Source: Raillietiella orientalis
Lineage: Eukaryota
DNA: 64,000 nucleotides
Reading direction: 5' to 3'
Assembly (NCBI GenBank): GCA_036172245.1
Contig: JAYWIR010000008.1
Coordinates: 806,001-870,000, forward strand
The translations under genes were made by a program, and so were the position numbers. Each line of letters opens with the position of its first letter. The first letter of the stretch is position 1. Shown in pieces: positions 61,550-64,000 of the stretch. The notes beneath the pieces are model-generated. The model saw only the letters and a program-made list of their open reading frames with translations. It had not been told where the DNA came from and did no database searches.

Positions 61550-61999
61550 TCCCGGACTTTCACCCAATCCCTGGCGGAGGCGCGGGCGAGGGAAGACTCT
61601 CCCGACAAGCCGCTGATGGTTGCGGGATCAATAGCGCGTCATCGGGAGGGTTCGTTTCCTTCGCGGATTACGGGAGACGGGTCGGGAAGAGGAGGGGAGG
61701 CGAGGGGTACGTTTCGTCAATTTCAATTTGCTCGCGGGATGGGTCGCGTGTTGAGAATCGATGGAGAGGTCGGTCGTCAGCGGTAATTGCAGTGCGGAGC
61801 TGTCGGGCAGGTCGGGGAGCCGCTGACGGCGTTGATTGCGCCTCCGCCGGGCGCGCGCGCGCGCGCACCCTCTCCACGCCGCTGCGAGAGACGAGCCTGA
61901 GGCTCGCTCGAACGGCAACAAGGGGAGGAGAGAGGGGCGACAGACGTGAAAGCCAACGAAAATCTCCCCCTCCCGCTTTCACCCCCCGCCCATGGAGCA

Positions 62000-63450
62000 C
62001 CTGAGAGGGACAGCGTTCCCCGGGGAATAAGGGGGTGGAAGCGGCGGTGGGACGGACGGATGTGAAAAAACTTCCTTCCTGGCCCCCATTCACACACACC
62101 CTTTTCGTTCCGGGGTAGCGGTCTCTGAGGGGCAGCGGGACTCGACCTTCCTGAGGGACGGAAGAGCTGCCTGGAGATGCAGTTCAGGGAAAGGGGAGCG
62201 CGTCTGTGGAAGCGGGGGAATTCCTCCGGACCGTAAGAGCTTGCAACCCCTCCTGTCCTTCCTACTCCCCCACCCCCCGTCATCTCTGGATCGGACCATT
62301 TCCTCCCTCCCCCTGACGAGAATGCCCCCTGGACAGGTCCCGTGACAGCCAGACGCGCACCCCGAGGACATCCACCTTTGGCCCGTGACTCGTTTCCCAT
62401 CTTACCCTCCTGGTTCCTGCTCCCCCCCTTTCCCTCCCAGAGGCAGCTCCGTGAGTCGCACGAGGACCCGGGTGGCGTCCCGGTCGAGTCCTCCGCAGCC
62501 CAGCTCCCTCTATCCCACTTGACCCCCTCGGTTCTTGGCGACTGGATCCTCCGGGCGAGGAGGAGCAGATGCGCCCTCTCCGCCGCTGCTTCGCGTGTGA
62601 AGGGGCGGAAGAGGGGCGGAGGGCGGAGATGGGGGAGAGCAACCGGAACTTCCGCTCCGCTGCTCCCTCCAAAGAACTCGCCGCCGACAAGCCGAGAAAA
62701 GTCCTGACGCCCCCTGCCGTCTTCCCCCACACGCTGGCAGGGGGGAGCTAGCCGTCGTTCCCAGTGTGTGGCTCTCGCAAACCGCTGGGACAGGGGAAGG
62801 ACGAAGACCCATCCCTTCACAGGGAAATGGAGAGAAGGGAGAAGAATCCTTCCCGAGAAGCCGGCTGTTCCCGGCTCCTCGAGGATGTCTTCAACAGCGC
62901 TGCGGCGGGATCCCTGGACGCGTAGGCGGAGGAGTGACTCCCAAGTGCGGGATTCGTGAAGATCTCCTACATCCCCGACTTTCCCACGCAAGAAGAGGGA
63001 AGGAGCGCGCGAGACTTCTCTAGGAAGTTGCACAGTCCCGAAAGGCGAAAGAAAAGCTCCTGCCCCCTGCGGAGCTTCCCCCAGGGCCGTAGAACCGGGC
63101 GGGGGAAGAGGGCTGAAAAGATGGGAAGCGAACGGGGACGGGGAGCAAGCACACCCTCTCCCACGGCGAAGACACCGCTCCCGGGGGCTAGGAGGAGGAA
63201 GGCAAGGCGCCTTTCTTCCCTGGTTCTGCCCTGAGGACCCCTGCCTGCTCTCTCCGCTCGCGCCAACGCAGCAGGAGGAAGACGCGGCCGTCCATTTCTC
63301 CGGTGGCGTCCCAATCAGCCTCGCACTCCGCGTCTCCCCACCTGGTGACCCCCACTCCTCCCTCTCTCCACGGCGGTGATGCCAGCCTGGGAGAGGGGGA
63401 GGACGAGCGAGCTCTGCGCGAGCTCGTGGCGGGAAAGTTCCACCTTGCGT
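62000..63450 (-). mobile_element. Decayed I-group LINE reverse transcriptase
   Basis: Motifs lie mostly in the frame of ORF 61777-63504: IGTPPEKWTAAS (cf. G..P..W..A), QGAGAFLSPFGTVQL, ILEEPGTAGFSGRILL..F (cf. L...G..GRLL..I..FL), VPVALPHLRPPPLF, SWAAEDS (ADD vestige), GAFSS, VCEWGPGRK (cf. WG..R). Confidence 0.55.
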
Positions 63451-64000
63451 GCCGGGGGAGATCCCAGGTAACCCCGGCGACGCGCGCAGTTTTCCATCTT
63501 CCACAATTTCCCGGTCGCGCGCGCGCGACCAGGACGAGCAGGATGATTGCAGCCACTTTCTTCCTTCCTCTTTTTCTCCTCCTCCTCATCCCAGTGGCGC
63601 GTGAGTGCCCCATCTCGATCGCATGTGCGCGCCTGCACGGCGAGAGCGGGAAGCGCCGGGTCGGGTGAGGCGGCGGCGGCGGCGGGCGTCGCTAGACGCG
63701 CGCGTGCAAGACGAGCGCGACGGAGATGGCGAGGATGGTGGTGAGGAGGGGGAAAACCGGGAGGGAGGAGATCCCTCGTATACCCCCCGCTCCCTTTCCG
63801 CTCCTGGGCTGCGCGCATCCTCCTCGCGACTGTCCCCTCTCGGGGGCAAAGAAAGCGGGCATACACACGAGGGAGGGGGCAGGAGTGATGGGGGGTCAGC
63901 CCCGCTCCTTCCCCTGTGGCATTTATTGTCTCCTTCTCCCCCCCTCCAAGGAGGGGGGGCAGTCGCGCTACCCCGGGGAGTCCCCGCTCTTCTTCAGCCG

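Noticed and set aside
17682..62989. Scattered Su(H)-type CGTGGGAA/TTCCCACG words
   Set aside because: A few copies are expected by chance in 64 kb of GC-rich DNA, most fall inside fossils, and I saw no paired-site geometry.
61777..63504. 575-aa ORF as an intact reverse transcriptase
   Set aside because: It follows the RT frame only in part and the catalytic motif is degraded (AAED). It is a fossil, not a functional gene.
1..64000. CRISPR arrays, operons, rRNA, conserved microRNAs (miR-10, iab-4, let-7, bantam and others) and homeobox exons
   Set aside because: The sequence is eukaryotic. I saw no regularly spaced repeats, and by eye no match to the mature microRNAs or homeodomain peptides I recall. 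An Infernal/Rfam scan would be needed to exclude other ncRNAs.

Overview
Eukaryotic animal DNA, most likely arthropod judging by the tRNA and gene sequences. Two features look intact. One is a compact, intronless TFIIIC subunit 6 gene (GTF3C6-like, 10731-11105 +) in an AT-rich, CpG-depleted island. The other is a tRNA-Asp(GTC) gene with a Pol III terminator (18890-18961 -). Most of the remaining GC-rich sequence yields hundreds of low-complexity ORFs that are not genes. Translated by eye across stops and frameshifts, it resolves into about 17 very old transposon fossils laid roughly end to end: five Ty3/Gypsy elements, nine LINEs (L1/Tx1, I-group, RTE, CR1, Jockey-like) and three PIF/Harbinger elements. 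Their ordered domain motifs survive under strong AT-to-GC drift. Short AT-richer islands packed with homeodomain, MEF2 and Pbx/Hox-type motifs lie between the fossils and look like enhancers of a gene outside the window. All transposon calls come from manual motif recognition, with no HMM or BLAST search, so boundaries are approximate (about 100-300 nt) and clade labels are tentative. I found no convincing new enzymatic or defence system. The most unusual signals concern genome evolution: a pristine tRNA gene apparently inside a dead integrase, one element spanning a steep GC gradient, apparent insertion-biased decay, and a chain of overlapping inverted repeats.
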